In this document: piece by piece, positions 17,471-24,906 of the stretch
How positions within the stretch are numbered: position 1 is the first letter of the stretch
Layout of the letters: each line of letters starts with the position of its first letter
Origin: a virus
Taxonomy: Duplodnaviria > Caudoviricetes
Length of the DNA: 33,147 nucleotides
Virus record (IMG/VR): IMGVR_UViG_3300020043_001076
Location: 1-33,147 of that record
Reading direction: 5' to 3' (one strand)
Program-made: the position numbers and the translations under genes
The notes under the pieces: model-generated
The model's database searches: none
What the model was told of the DNA's origin: nothing
The model's input: the letters and a program-made list of their open reading frames with translations, nothing else

Positions 17471-18988
17471 ATGGCAGAAATCGTGCAATCTTTGTTCGGC
17501 GTGACGCCGGAGTCTTACCAACAGGCCCAGCAAGACCGCATCAACGCGCAGGCCATGCAGTACGCCCGGCTCGACCCGTTCCAGCAGGCGCAATACTCTA
17601 TTGGCCGTGGGGCCAACATGCTGGGCGGGGCCATTGGCGGCGCTCTAGGTGCGCAAGACCCTGAGTTGGTCAAGATCAGCGCTCGTCAGCAGGTCGCAGC
17701 CCAGCTTGACCCTAATGATTTATCCACTTTTGATCGGGGCATTGAGATAATGCGCCAGGGTGGTGATGGTCAAGGTGTTTTGATGTTGACAATGGAGAGA
17801 GATAAGGCTCGGCAAAGAGCGCAAGAAACACAACTCAACACGCTTAAAACAGAAGACTTCTTGACCCAACGAGGGCAGAGAATGCAAGCCGCAGGCATGG
17901 AGCAATACGCCAATCAGTTGGTGGGCCAGATGCGCAATCCTGATGGGACTATTAACCAAGAAGTCATCAATCAACTGCAATCATTCCCACAGGGTTTGGC
18001 AGCAATCAAGGCTCAAGCAGAAGTTTTGCCATCCATTCGTAGGCTTGGTGCGGCAGCTACACCAGAGGTCAATCCATTTGCTATGTTCACCACTGATGCG
18101 ACCATCCCAAAAAATGTTCAAACATTAGCTCAGCAATACTCCAAGAGTTTTGCAAGCGGAGTGCTTGATCCTGAAAAGGCTGACGCCAGAGTCAAAGAAT
18201 TGACTGAAATGACGCAACGTGTTCAGCAATTTGAACAAAACCAGCAGCAGATTAAAGACAATCAAGCCATCATGCAGTCGCTGCGTCAGCAAGGTCTTGA
18301 GAACTCTCAGCAAGCTCTGTTGATTCAACAAGGCAACCTGGCTTTGCAAGCGCAGAACGTACAATTTCAACAAGAAATGAAGCGCAAAGAAGCAGAAGCC
18401 AAGGCAGATGCCAAAGCCAACAAGCCACTGCCAAGCTATCTTGCAAAAGAAGAGGAGGCCGACTTCTCTGCCGCAAGCGCAGCAACAAACATTGCCACAG
18501 ATGCGTATGGATACATCAACCGAATTAAAACGGGTGAGATTAAGTTTGGAGTCAAGGACAGAGCCAGCATTCGGGCGCGTCAGCTTGTCGGATCTGGTGC
18601 GCCAGATGTAATTGCCCGTGAGGAATACGACAGGTTTGTGGAAAACTTGGTGAATGAGAGTTTGCGATTGAACAAAGGTACGCAAACTGAAGGTGATGCT
18701 GTTCGAGAGGCAAAAGCACTTAAAAGCTCAGAATCAAAAGAGGCTGCTGCCTCTGCGATGAAACGATTGATTGAGATCAACACTCGACGGGCAGAGGGCG
18801 CAGCAAGCTCAGTTGAAAAGCGCAGAGCAAATGCAGGGTTTCCTTCAGCACCTCAACCAATTGCGATTCCCAAGTTTGATGTTCAAATCATTACACCAGC
18901 CGAATACAACAGCTTTTTGAAGAATCCGAAATTCCCAAGTGGTACAGTTTTTGTTGATCCAGATGGCGTTAGAAGGGTGAAACCATAA
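17471..18988 (+). CDS. Internal virion / DNA ejection protein
   Basis: AAGGAG RBS; Gln-rich helical protein; position. Confidence 0.7.
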   Translation: MAEIVQSLFGVTPESYQQAQQDRINAQAMQYARLDPFQQAQYSIGRGANMLGGAIGGALGAQDPELVKISARQQVAAQLDPNDLSTFDRGIEIMRQGGDGQGVLMLTMERDKARQRAQETQLNTLKTEDFLTQRGQRMQAAGMEQYANQLVGQMRNPDGTINQEVINQLQSFPQGLAAIKAQAEVLPSIRRLGAAATPEVNPFAMFTTDATIPKNVQTLAQQYSKSFASGVLDPEKADARVKELTEMTQRVQQFEQNQQQIKDNQAIMQSLRQQGLENSQQALLIQQGNLALQAQNVQFQQEMKRKEAEAKADAKANKPLPSYLAKEEEADFSAASAATNIATDAYGYINRIKTGEIKFGVKDRASIRARQLVGSGAPDVIAREEYDRFVENLVNESLRLNKGTQTEGDAVREAKALKSSESKEAAASAMKRLIEINTRRAEGAASSVEKRRANAGFPSAPQPIAIPKFDVQIITPAEYNSFLKNPKFPSGTVFVDPDGVRRVKP

Positions 18989-20859
18989 TGGCAAACTATC
19001 AAGATGCACCTTTGGCTGAACAGCCACAGGCAAACCAGCCTCAAGCCTTTACCTCTGTCCTTGGACCTGGTGTTCCTTACTCCGGTCCAGTTGAGGCACT
19101 TCGCTCGATTGGTCAGGGCTTGACATTTGGCACTCTGGATGAGATTGAGGCGGCTGTTCGCACTGGTGCAATCAGTGGGCCTGAGTACGAGCGACAGCGC
19201 AATTTGTTGCGTGAACAGCAAAAGCAATTCGGACAAGATATGCCGATTGTTAAGACTGGCCTTGAGATTGGCGGAAGTTTAATTGCCCCGTTTGGCATTG
19301 CCAAACAAGTGAGTCGCATGGCCCCTACAACACAATCAGCGATCATTGGTGAGACTGTGCTTGGCCAGGCTGCTCGCGGAACTGCCGCAGGTGCGGCCAC
19401 TGGTGCAGCATCAGGCTATGGCTTTGCTGAAAAAGATGCAGGCTCCGATGCTGTTGTTGGTGGCATCTTTGGCGGCTTGCTTGGTGGGTCTGTTCCGATT
19501 GTGGTTGACAAGGCCGGATCACTTATCAAGAACGTGCTCAACTCTGCCGGCATTGGTGATCAACAGACTGCTGCATCAAAGATGCTGGCAAATGCTTTCC
19601 AAAAAGACAATCTGACGCCAACAGAGGTTCAGCAAGCTCTTGATGAGTTGCGAAAGATTGGCGTTCCCAATCCTGTTATTGCGGACTTGGGAAAAAGCCT
19701 GAACGATCTGGCTTACAGCGCCTATGTGGTGCAGTCCAAAGCCAAGGGTGGAACTGAATCATTTTTGGTCAACCGCATGATTGATCAGCCAAACGACATT
19801 GTGAAGGGTTTGGTTGAAAAAGCAGGATTGGCAAAGAACGTCAATGGTTTTGAATATCTTGAGGCATTGACTGCAAACCAGTCTAGGCTTGCCAGTCAGT
19901 CATACCCAGATGCTTACAGCAAAGCCATTGATGCGGTGCCTTTCCGAAAGTATGTGGACCGGCCTGTGTTTCAAAAAGCCTATGAAGAAGCGGTAAAACG
20001 GGCTGGCGTTTACGGCAACAAGTTGCCACCTTTGAGCGCTATCCGTAATGCTCAGTCGGTCCCAACAGACATACTGCACCAGATAAAGATTGGTCTGGAC
20101 CGTGTGGTCGATGCTGAAACCGATGCAGTCACAACTAAAGTGTCTGGCTATGGCCGGGATGTGGTCAAGGTTAAAAACGAATTCAATGACCTCATCAAAT
20201 CATTAAATCCAGAATACGCTAAGGCAAATGCAGAATTTGCTGATGCGGAACGCATCAAAAATGCCTTCAAAATGGGTGAGGATTACCAAAGACTTGACCC
20301 AGCAGAAGCTGCCGCCAAGATCAAAAAGCTGAACTCAGACGAGAAGGAGGCTTTCCGATTGGGCGTTATGGCTGATGTCAACAACCGCCTTGGCAACTTT
20401 AAGGGTGGCGATTTCAGCAAGCAGATATTCAAGTCTGAGAATCAAAAGCTCTTGCTGCGCAATGCCTTTCCAGATCAAGCCTCTTACACAGAGTTTTCCC
20501 AGTATGTCAAAGCCTTGGGTCAGCAAGGCAGCACCAAACAAAGAATTCTTGGAGGCTCGCGCACAGATGAAAACAGAGCAGTGCGTGATGAAGCAAACCT
20601 TTTGGGATCTCTTGCCCAGGGTGCAGCAACTGGCGACCCACTAGCCATGCTCAGAACTGGCGGTCAGGCTTTGCTTTCGCGTGCGAAGGGCATAAGCAGT
20701 GAAACATCAGAGGCTTTGCAAAAACGCCTGTTTACTGTTGACCCCATTGAGCAAACTGCAATCTTGCAAGAACTCAACCGCAGGTCGCGACAGCCAAGAA
20801 CAGGGCTGTTAACTGGGGCTGCGGCTATTGGCTCGGCCACTGGAATTTTGGGAGATTGA
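18988..20859 (+). CDS. Large internal virion / DNA ejection protein
   Basis: TAATG overlap; GQGLTFGTLDEIEA, Gly/Ala-rich TM-like stretch, GGSRT near the C-terminus. Confidence 0.72.
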   Translation: MANYQDAPLAEQPQANQPQAFTSVLGPGVPYSGPVEALRSIGQGLTFGTLDEIEAAVRTGAISGPEYERQRNLLREQQKQFGQDMPIVKTGLEIGGSLIAPFGIAKQVSRMAPTTQSAIIGETVLGQAARGTAAGAATGAASGYGFAEKDAGSDAVVGGIFGGLLGGSVPIVVDKAGSLIKNVLNSAGIGDQQTAASKMLANAFQKDNLTPTEVQQALDELRKIGVPNPVIADLGKSLNDLAYSAYVVQSKAKGGTESFLVNRMIDQPNDIVKGLVEKAGLAKNVNGFEYLEALTANQSRLASQSYPDAYSKAIDAVPFRKYVDRPVFQKAYEEAVKRAGVYGNKLPPLSAIRNAQSVPTDILHQIKIGLDRVVDAETDAVTTKVSGYGRDVVKVKNEFNDLIKSLNPEYAKANAEFADAERIKNAFKMGEDYQRLDPAEAAAKIKKLNSDEKEAFRLGVMADVNNRLGNFKGGDFSKQIFKSENQKLLLRNAFPDQASYTEFSQYVKALGQQGSTKQRILGGSRTDENRAVRDEANLLGSLAQGAATGDPLAMLRTGGQALLSRAKGISSETSEALQKRLFTVDPIEQTAILQELNRRSRQPRTGLLTGAAAIGSATGILGD

Positions 20860-20861
20860 AC

Positions 20862-20903
20862 ATGTTTCCACTCGCAGCGCTCATGGACGTCGGCGGTAAG
20901 CTA
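20862..20903 (+). pseudogene. Orphaned original 5' end of the holin gene (MFPLAALMDVGGKL)
   Basis: GGAG RBS 7 nt upstream and GC-rich native codons. In frame with holin ATG 21348 and aligns with the holin's MIQELLPFAAKL. Ends exactly at the HNH stop codon. Confidence 0.7.
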
Positions 20904-21356
20904 AGTTTGCAAGGCTTGCTCAGGCGTTTTCCCAGCTCGCAGCCTAAGATAAACTGTGTAATAGGACAGCCCTGTTTTTTCGCACCATTCAGATATGGAC
21001 AGGGTTTCACCAAATGCGGTGACAAGCAGCGTGTTTCGTCTATTTTTGGCCTGCTCTTTTCTAGTGGCCCATGTGCAATTTTCAGGGCTATAACCCTTTT
21101 CATTGTCAATGCGCTCAATACAAAGGCCATGTGGTCTTTCACCCATGTCGCTCAAAAAATTGGCAAACTCAAGCCAGCGGTCGCAAATCGTGATGCCTCT
21201 ATCACCGTAATTTTTGTAGGCCTTGCATTTAGGGCTTGTGCATCGTTTTTTAATGCCTTCCCATATTTGATAGGTAGACGTTCGCTTCCCGCGCAAAGCG
21301 TGCCCATGTGAAAAACTTGGGTTGTTAGAGCCAGAAAGGTCTTTAGTATGATTCAA
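20901..21356 (-). CDS. Free-standing HNH-family homing endonuclease
   Basis: TYQIWEGIKKRC, YGDRGITICDRWLEFANFLSDMG and IERIDNEKGYSPENCTWAT motifs, with a C-terminal HTH-like DNA-binding tail. AT-rich, antisense to the late operon, GGAG RBS 6 nt before TTG. Confidence 0.88.
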   Translation of the reverse strand: MNHTKDLSGSNNPSFSHGHALRGKRTSTYQIWEGIKKRCTSPKCKAYKNYGDRGITICDRWLEFANFLSDMGERPHGLCIERIDNEKGYSPENCTWATRKEQAKNRRNTLLVTAFGETLSISEWCEKTGLSYYTVYLRLRAGKTPEQALQT

Positions 21357-21401
21357 GAGCTTCTCCCATTTGCCGCAAAATTGATAGATAAAATTCTACC
21401 A
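20904..21401 (-). mobile_element. HNH insertion cassette carrying a replacement holin N-terminus (right boundary approximate)
   Basis: AT-rich block between the GC-rich holin remnant and the GC-rich holin body, which resumes at GACCCCGAGGCCAAG. Confidence 0.6.
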
Positions 21402-21752
21402 GACCCCGAGGCCAAGGCTCGGGCGCAGGCCGAGCTGGTCAAGATGCAGCAAGACGGCGAGTTGGCGAAGATGGCTAACGAGACCGACCTGTATAAGACC
21501 GAGCAGAACAACGTCACGGATAGATGGAAAGCTGATATGGGCAGCGACTCGTGGCTGTCCAAGAACATCCGGCCTATGGCGCTAATTGCCATTTTCGTGG
21601 CGTACTTTATATTTACCGCCATGTCCGCGTTTGGCTACAACGCGCAGGAGTCCTACGTCCAACTGCTGGGCCAGTGGGGTCAAATCATCTTCTTGGCTTA
21701 TTTCGGCGGTCGGACAGTGGAAAAGTTGGCGGACATGAAAGGTAAGAAATGA
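21348..21752 (+). CDS. Holin (3TM / GTA-holin-like)
   Basis: IDKILPDPEAK, DSWLSKNIRP and YFGGRTVEK motifs with TM helices; ATGA overlap with the endolysin. Confidence 0.85.
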   Translation: MIQELLPFAAKLIDKILPDPEAKARAQAELVKMQQDGELAKMANETDLYKTEQNNVTDRWKADMGSDSWLSKNIRPMALIAIFVAYFIFTAMSAFGYNAQESYVQLLGQWGQIIFLAYFGGRTVEKLADMKGKK

Positions 21753-22261
21753 AAGACAACTTTGACGAGGCTCTGAAGGCCATCCTCCACCACGAAGGCG
21801 GCTACGTCAACCACCCGGCTGACCCCGGCGGTATGACCAACCTGGGCGTGACCAAGCGCGTCTGGGAGGAGTGGGTCGGCCACGAAGTTGACGAGAAGAC
21901 GATGCGCGGCCTCACGCCCGAGATCGTCGGCCCCATGTACAAGGCCAAGTATTGGGACAAGATCAAGGGTGACGATTTGCCCGCTGGCGTGGACTACTGC
22001 GTGTTCGACGCTGCCGTGAACTCAGGCCCAGGCCGTGCGGCCAAGTGGCTGCAAGCGTGCGTTGGGGTCGAGCCTGACGGCGGCATCGGCCCCAAGACGC
22101 TGGCTGCGGTGGCCGCCATCGACCCCGCCGATCTGGTCGAGGACTACGCCAAGCGCCGTCTGTCGTTCCTAATGGACCTGCCAACGTGGGGCACGTTTGG
22201 CAAGGGCTGGGGCCGACGAGTGGCCGAGGTGCAGACCAGCGCCAGCACTATGCTCGCGTAG
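21749..22261 (+). CDS. Endolysin, glycoside hydrolase family 108 with peptidoglycan-binding domain
   Basis: HEGGYVNHPADPGGMTNLGVT, FDAAVNSGPGRA, DGGIGPKTL and FGKGWGRRV motifs. Confidence 0.93.
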   Translation: MKDNFDEALKAILHHEGGYVNHPADPGGMTNLGVTKRVWEEWVGHEVDEKTMRGLTPEIVGPMYKAKYWDKIKGDDLPAGVDYCVFDAAVNSGPGRAAKWLQACVGVEPDGGIGPKTLAAVAAIDPADLVEDYAKRRLSFLMDLPTWGTFGKGWGRRVAEVQTSASTMLA

Positions 22262-22400
22262 CCAGCAGCAGCAGCGCAAGCCAAGACAGGCCCATCAAAG
22301 CCATCAGCAGCCAGTAGGCCAGCGTCCTGACCTGCTTGCGCCAGACAGACTCTGGCAACGGCTGGGCAGCAGGTGTCTTGCGACCAATGCGTGCCGTCAC
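22248..22400 (-). CDS. 50-aa membrane microprotein (not in ORF track)
   Basis: GGAG RBS, GTG start overlapping the upstream stop; MTARIGRKTPAAQPLPESVWRKQVRTLAYWLLMALMGLSWLALLLLATRA. Confidence 0.7.
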   Translation of the reverse strand: MTARIGRKTPAAQPLPESVWRKQVRTLAYWLLMALMGLSWLALLLLATRA

Positions 22401-22579
22401 GGTGTCTCCGTCTTAAGGTAGGCTGTCAACCGGGTGATCTTACCTTGGTAGAACTGGACCATCTTGGCAGCGTACTCTTGCGTGTCTTGCACTTGCAGCA
22501 GTTCACGCTTGGCAGCTTCCAACTCGCGCAGGGCGATGACGTTGGCGGTGGGCGCTCGCAGTAGGTTCTTGATTTTCAT
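22397..22579 (-). CDS. Hypothetical coiled-coil protein
   Basis: ORF track; GAGAG upstream; coupled to the downstream gene. Confidence 0.7.
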   Translation of the reverse strand: MKIKNLLRAPTANVIALRELEAAKRELLQVQDTQEYAAKMVQFYQGKITRLTAYLKTETP

Positions 22580-22597
22580 GTGATGGCTCTCGCTTTC

Positions 22598-22954
22598 TTA
22601 CGCATCGGTTGGTTTTGGGCAATCAGGTGGTGGTGAGTGCAGGCAATAGACCGCAGACCATTGGCCGTTAAATGGCCCCGCCCAATCACGAACGTAAACG
22701 TCTGGCATCGCCTTGAGCGTGTTGCGAAGCGTGGCCGAACGAACGCCAGTTGCATTAGACAATGACCGCAGGGAAAGCCCCTTGGGAGCCTCGCGCAGCA
22801 GTTCTCTTAGTTTAGGTGCGTGTGATGGTTTCATGAAGTATCTGTAGGCTTGTATTGCTGTTTTGAGGTCGGCTTCAAGTTCTGCCAGCCGGACCGTAGC
22901 GTCCTGGGCAAACTTGACCAGGTTGCGCATTTCCCAATCTTGAAATCGGCTCAC
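22598..22954 (-). CDS. Hypothetical protein with C-terminal wHTH-like domain
   Basis: GAGG RBS; LRELLREAPKGLSLRSLSNATG...LKAMPDVYV; ends PPPDCPKP. Confidence 0.65.
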   Translation of the reverse strand: MSRFQDWEMRNLVKFAQDATVRLAELEADLKTAIQAYRYFMKPSHAPKLRELLREAPKGLSLRSLSNATGVRSATLRNTLKAMPDVYVRDWAGPFNGQWSAVYCLHSPPPDCPKPTDA

Positions 22955-23040
22955 TTAATGATCCTCATAAAAGCGCCGCATCGGGCGCACATGTAAAGTG
23001 GTTTGTCTGGGACTTCTTCCCAGCGGTGTTGGCAGGTCAT
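22951..23040 (-). CDS. 29-aa zinc-finger microprotein (not in ORF track)
   Basis: MTCQHRWEEVPDKPLYMCARCGAFMRIIK; AGGAG RBS; overlaps at both ends. Confidence 0.7.
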   Translation of the reverse strand: MTCQHRWEEVPDKPLYMCARCGAFMRIIK

Positions 23041-23246
23041 GTGTTCTTGCTCCTTGCTCGGACGGCTCCAGCACATTCGGCTGGTTGCATACCAACATCC
23101 CGCGCTTGAAACACATCACAAATCTTTGCACACGCCTCACGCTCGTCAGCACGAACAAGCTCGGCAAATTCTCTTTTCCAATCTAAATCCGGATTGGCGA
23201 TAACTTTATCCTCAGCCTCTCGCGCCATTTCAATTATTGTTTTCAT
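23037..23246 (-). CDS. Hypothetical phage protein (EREACAK...C motif)
   Basis: AAGGAG RBS; FAELVRADEREACAKICD...CAGAVRAR. Confidence 0.75.
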   Translation of the reverse strand: MKTIIEMAREAEDKVIANPDLDWKREFAELVRADEREACAKICDVFQARDVGMQPAECAGAVRARSKNT

Positions 23247-23511
23247 TTTTGCTCCTTAATGCGGCTTCAATGGCTCGGGCAAACGGTTGTACAACGTCAC
23301 GAAAATCGCTTGCCTCCACTCGTTTCCACACTTCTTCAGCCTCCTCATGCGTCAGCCCAACCCAAGGGCGCTGTGGTGTTTCGCAGTCGGGGCATTTGAT
23401 CTGAGGCTCTTTACCCCATCGGTCATGCCACCATTCACGCTTATCTCTGTCGCCGTCATAGATTAGTTTGCATTCGCATTCACAGCAAAGTATGTAATCA
23501 CCGAGTGCCAT
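23230..23511 (-). CDS. Hypothetical protein: Cys-rich N-terminus plus WVGLT/FARAIEAA module
   Basis: GGAG RBS before MALGDY; CCEC...CPDC. Confidence 0.7.
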   Translation of the reverse strand: MALGDYILCCECECKLIYDGDRDKREWWHDRWGKEPQIKCPDCETPQRPWVGLTHEEAEEVWKRVEASDFRDVVQPFARAIEAALRSKNENNN

Positions 23512-23652
23512 TTTTCTCTCCTGTAATGCCGTGTGCGGCTTCAATGGCTCTGGCAAACCTTAAAGTATCGTCATGCGGGGAAATTCCTTCTTGAGACTTA
23601 ATTGAAATTTCAACAATCTCCTCATCCGTCAGCCCAACCCAAGGGCGCTGTG
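23260..23652. repeat. Two pairs of near-identical direct repeats
   Basis: 23341-23375 vs 23618-23652 match at 34/35 nt; 23260-23284 vs 23534-23558 match at 24/25 nt. Confidence 0.9.
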
Positions 23653-23743
23653 CCTTGGGATAAACAAGATGACCGCCGTTTGCGTAGTGCTTTGCCACAG
23701 GCTCCTGCTGTGCTGGCTGCTCTGCCAGTGCTTTGCGGCTCAT
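23498..23743 (-). CDS. Hypothetical protein with WVGLT/FARAIEAA module
   Basis: GAGGTG RBS; paralogous C-half shared with the downstream gene. Confidence 0.7.
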   Translation of the reverse strand: MSRKALAEQPAQQEPVAKHYANGGHLVYPKAQRPWVGLTDEEIVEISIKSQEGISPHDDTLRFARAIEAAHGITGEKNGTR

Positions 23744-23892
23744 TTTGTCACCTCGCGCATCTCCCAGCCGAGCTGAAAATAGTTCCAGCGGGTTTGCATA
23801 CTTGGGTTGGTGTACCGGCCCTTGACCATCTGGAAGTCGGTGTGCCCTTTGGTGCGCATGATCGCTTCGAATACCTTCTGTGCTTGTGTCAT
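23740..23892 (-). CDS. Hypothetical protein
   Basis: AAGGA RBS before MTQAQKVFEA. Confidence 0.7.
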   Translation of the reverse strand: MTQAQKVFEAIMRTKGHTDFQMVKGRYTNPSMQTRWNYFQLGWEMREVTK

Positions 23893-23893
23893 T

Positions 23894-24148
23894 TCACGTT
23901 CCTTTCGTGCCCCAATCGGGCATTGTTTCGTTTGCATCCAAATTACGAAGTATTGCGTTCAGCTCATCAAGCTCTGGCACTGCAAAGTGGCAACTGCAAT
24001 AAGCGTTCCAAAACCATGTGGCTTCTTCCCACAGGCACTCTTTGAAAAGCCGATCCTGCACAAACGAGCCTGGGCTGTTTGGCATGTAAAGCCGTCTTGG
24101 ACTGTTGATCTCAGCCTTCATGGCCGATGCGATGGCGGTGTAGTTCAT
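23894..24148 (-). CDS. Hypothetical protein
   Basis: MNYTAIASAMK start overlaps the upstream stop (ATGA). Confidence 0.65.
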   Translation of the reverse strand: MNYTAIASAMKAEINSPRRLYMPNSPGSFVQDRLFKECLWEEATWFWNAYCSCHFAVPELDELNAILRNLDANETMPDWGTKGT

Positions 24149-24240
24149 GACGACCACCCGTAGAACAGGCAAGCGGCCAAGACAATGCCAATGGCGATGG
24201 CGGTGAGGTAGTCGAGGAGGGTTTCTGTGTGTTGTTTCAT
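24145..24240 (-). CDS. 31-aa single-TM microprotein (not in ORF track)
   Basis: AAGGA RBS; MKQHTETLLDYLTAIAIGIVLAACLFYGWSS. Confidence 0.75.
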   Translation of the reverse strand: MKQHTETLLDYLTAIAIGIVLAACLFYGWSS

Positions 24241-24279
24241 GGTGGTTTCCTTGATGGGGCCAGTGGCCCCGGTTGGTTG

Positions 24280-24660
24280 TTAAGCAGCGGCCTTATCTGC
24301 AAATGCGCGCTGCGCTTCTGTGCCTTGTGAAATAAACTCATCAGAGCCGTAAGCTGGATCAACCTCGCCCCAATATGTCCAATCAACATCTTTACCGGCA
24401 GCAAACGCTGCGTTAACACGGGCAGCCAGACGCTCAGCCTTAGCAGATGCTTCTTTGCGCAGATCAGGAAAACAAGAATCGCCAGTCTCTTCGCAAACCA
24501 AAATCTCAGTGCCGTTAAAAGTTGCAACGTGACGGAAGCGACGACCAGCTGCGTTCTCAATCAAAACGTAATACTGATCGGCGATGAATGGATGACCATC
24601 GCAGCTATAACCTGCGTTGAAGAGATCAGATGCTACGTAGGCGGTGTAAGTTGTGTTCAC
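24280..24660 (-). CDS. Hypothetical early protein
   Basis: AAGGAG RBS before GTG; first gene after a predicted promoter. Confidence 0.75.
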   Translation of the reverse strand: MNTTYTAYVASDLFNAGYSCDGHPFIADQYYVLIENAAGRRFRHVATFNGTEILVCEETGDSCFPDLRKEASAKAERLAARVNAAFAAGKDVDWTYWGEVDPAYGSDEFISQGTEAQRAFADKAAA

Positions 24661-24689
24661 GGTCAGCTCCTTGCTGGTTGGTTGTTACT

Positions 24690-24752
24690 AGGCTTTCAGT
24701 ATAACGCACTTCCCACAATTCCCCACAATTATTTTATAGGGATAAACCCTAA
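24690..24752 (-). promoter_or_regulatory. Putative leftward early promoter/operator
   Basis: -10 TATACT at 24698-24703 on the minus strand; tandem CCCACAATT at 24712 and 24722; TAGGG-ATAAA-CCCTA inverted repeat at 24737-24751. The -35 match is weak. Confidence 0.6.
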
Positions 24753-24753
24753 G

Positions 24754-24906
24754 TCACTTCTTTTCTTTTGCCAGCCCCTGCTTGATGTAGTGCAGCACCT
24801 GTGCGGCCAGCGTTCTGGTGTGGCGCTCGGCATGTTTGCGGACCTCCATCTCCACATCAGCAGGCAGTCGGATGGTCATGTACTTGTCTTTGGTTTGCTC
24901 GGTCAT
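24754..24906 (-). CDS. Arc-like ribbon-helix-helix DNA-binding protein (not in ORF track)
   Basis: MTEQTKDKYMTIRLPADVEMEVRKHAERHTRTLAAQVLHYIKQGLAKEKK; the TIRLP strand and R.L...V...I..GL pattern fit Arc/Mnt. Confidence 0.8.
   Translation of the reverse strand: MTEQTKDKYMTIRLPADVEMEVRKHAERHTRTLAAQVLHYIKQGLAKEKK

Noticed and set aside
20856-21311. 151-aa + strand ORF as an independent functional protein
   Set aside because: Beyond the short holin-like N-terminus it is the codon-registered antisense of the HNH gene with no recognisable motif.
20904-21383. Group I intron or intein explanation for the holin interruption
   Set aside because: The insert is almost entirely HNH coding sequence on the opposite strand, leaving no room for a ribozyme core. 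No intein terminal residues are present, and a separate replacement start with an RBS exists. RT-PCR would be the final test.
23260-23652. DGR template/variable repeat or CRISPR mini-array
   Set aside because: There is no reverse transcriptase, only single mismatches, only two copies of each repeat, and the repeats are in-frame coding motifs.
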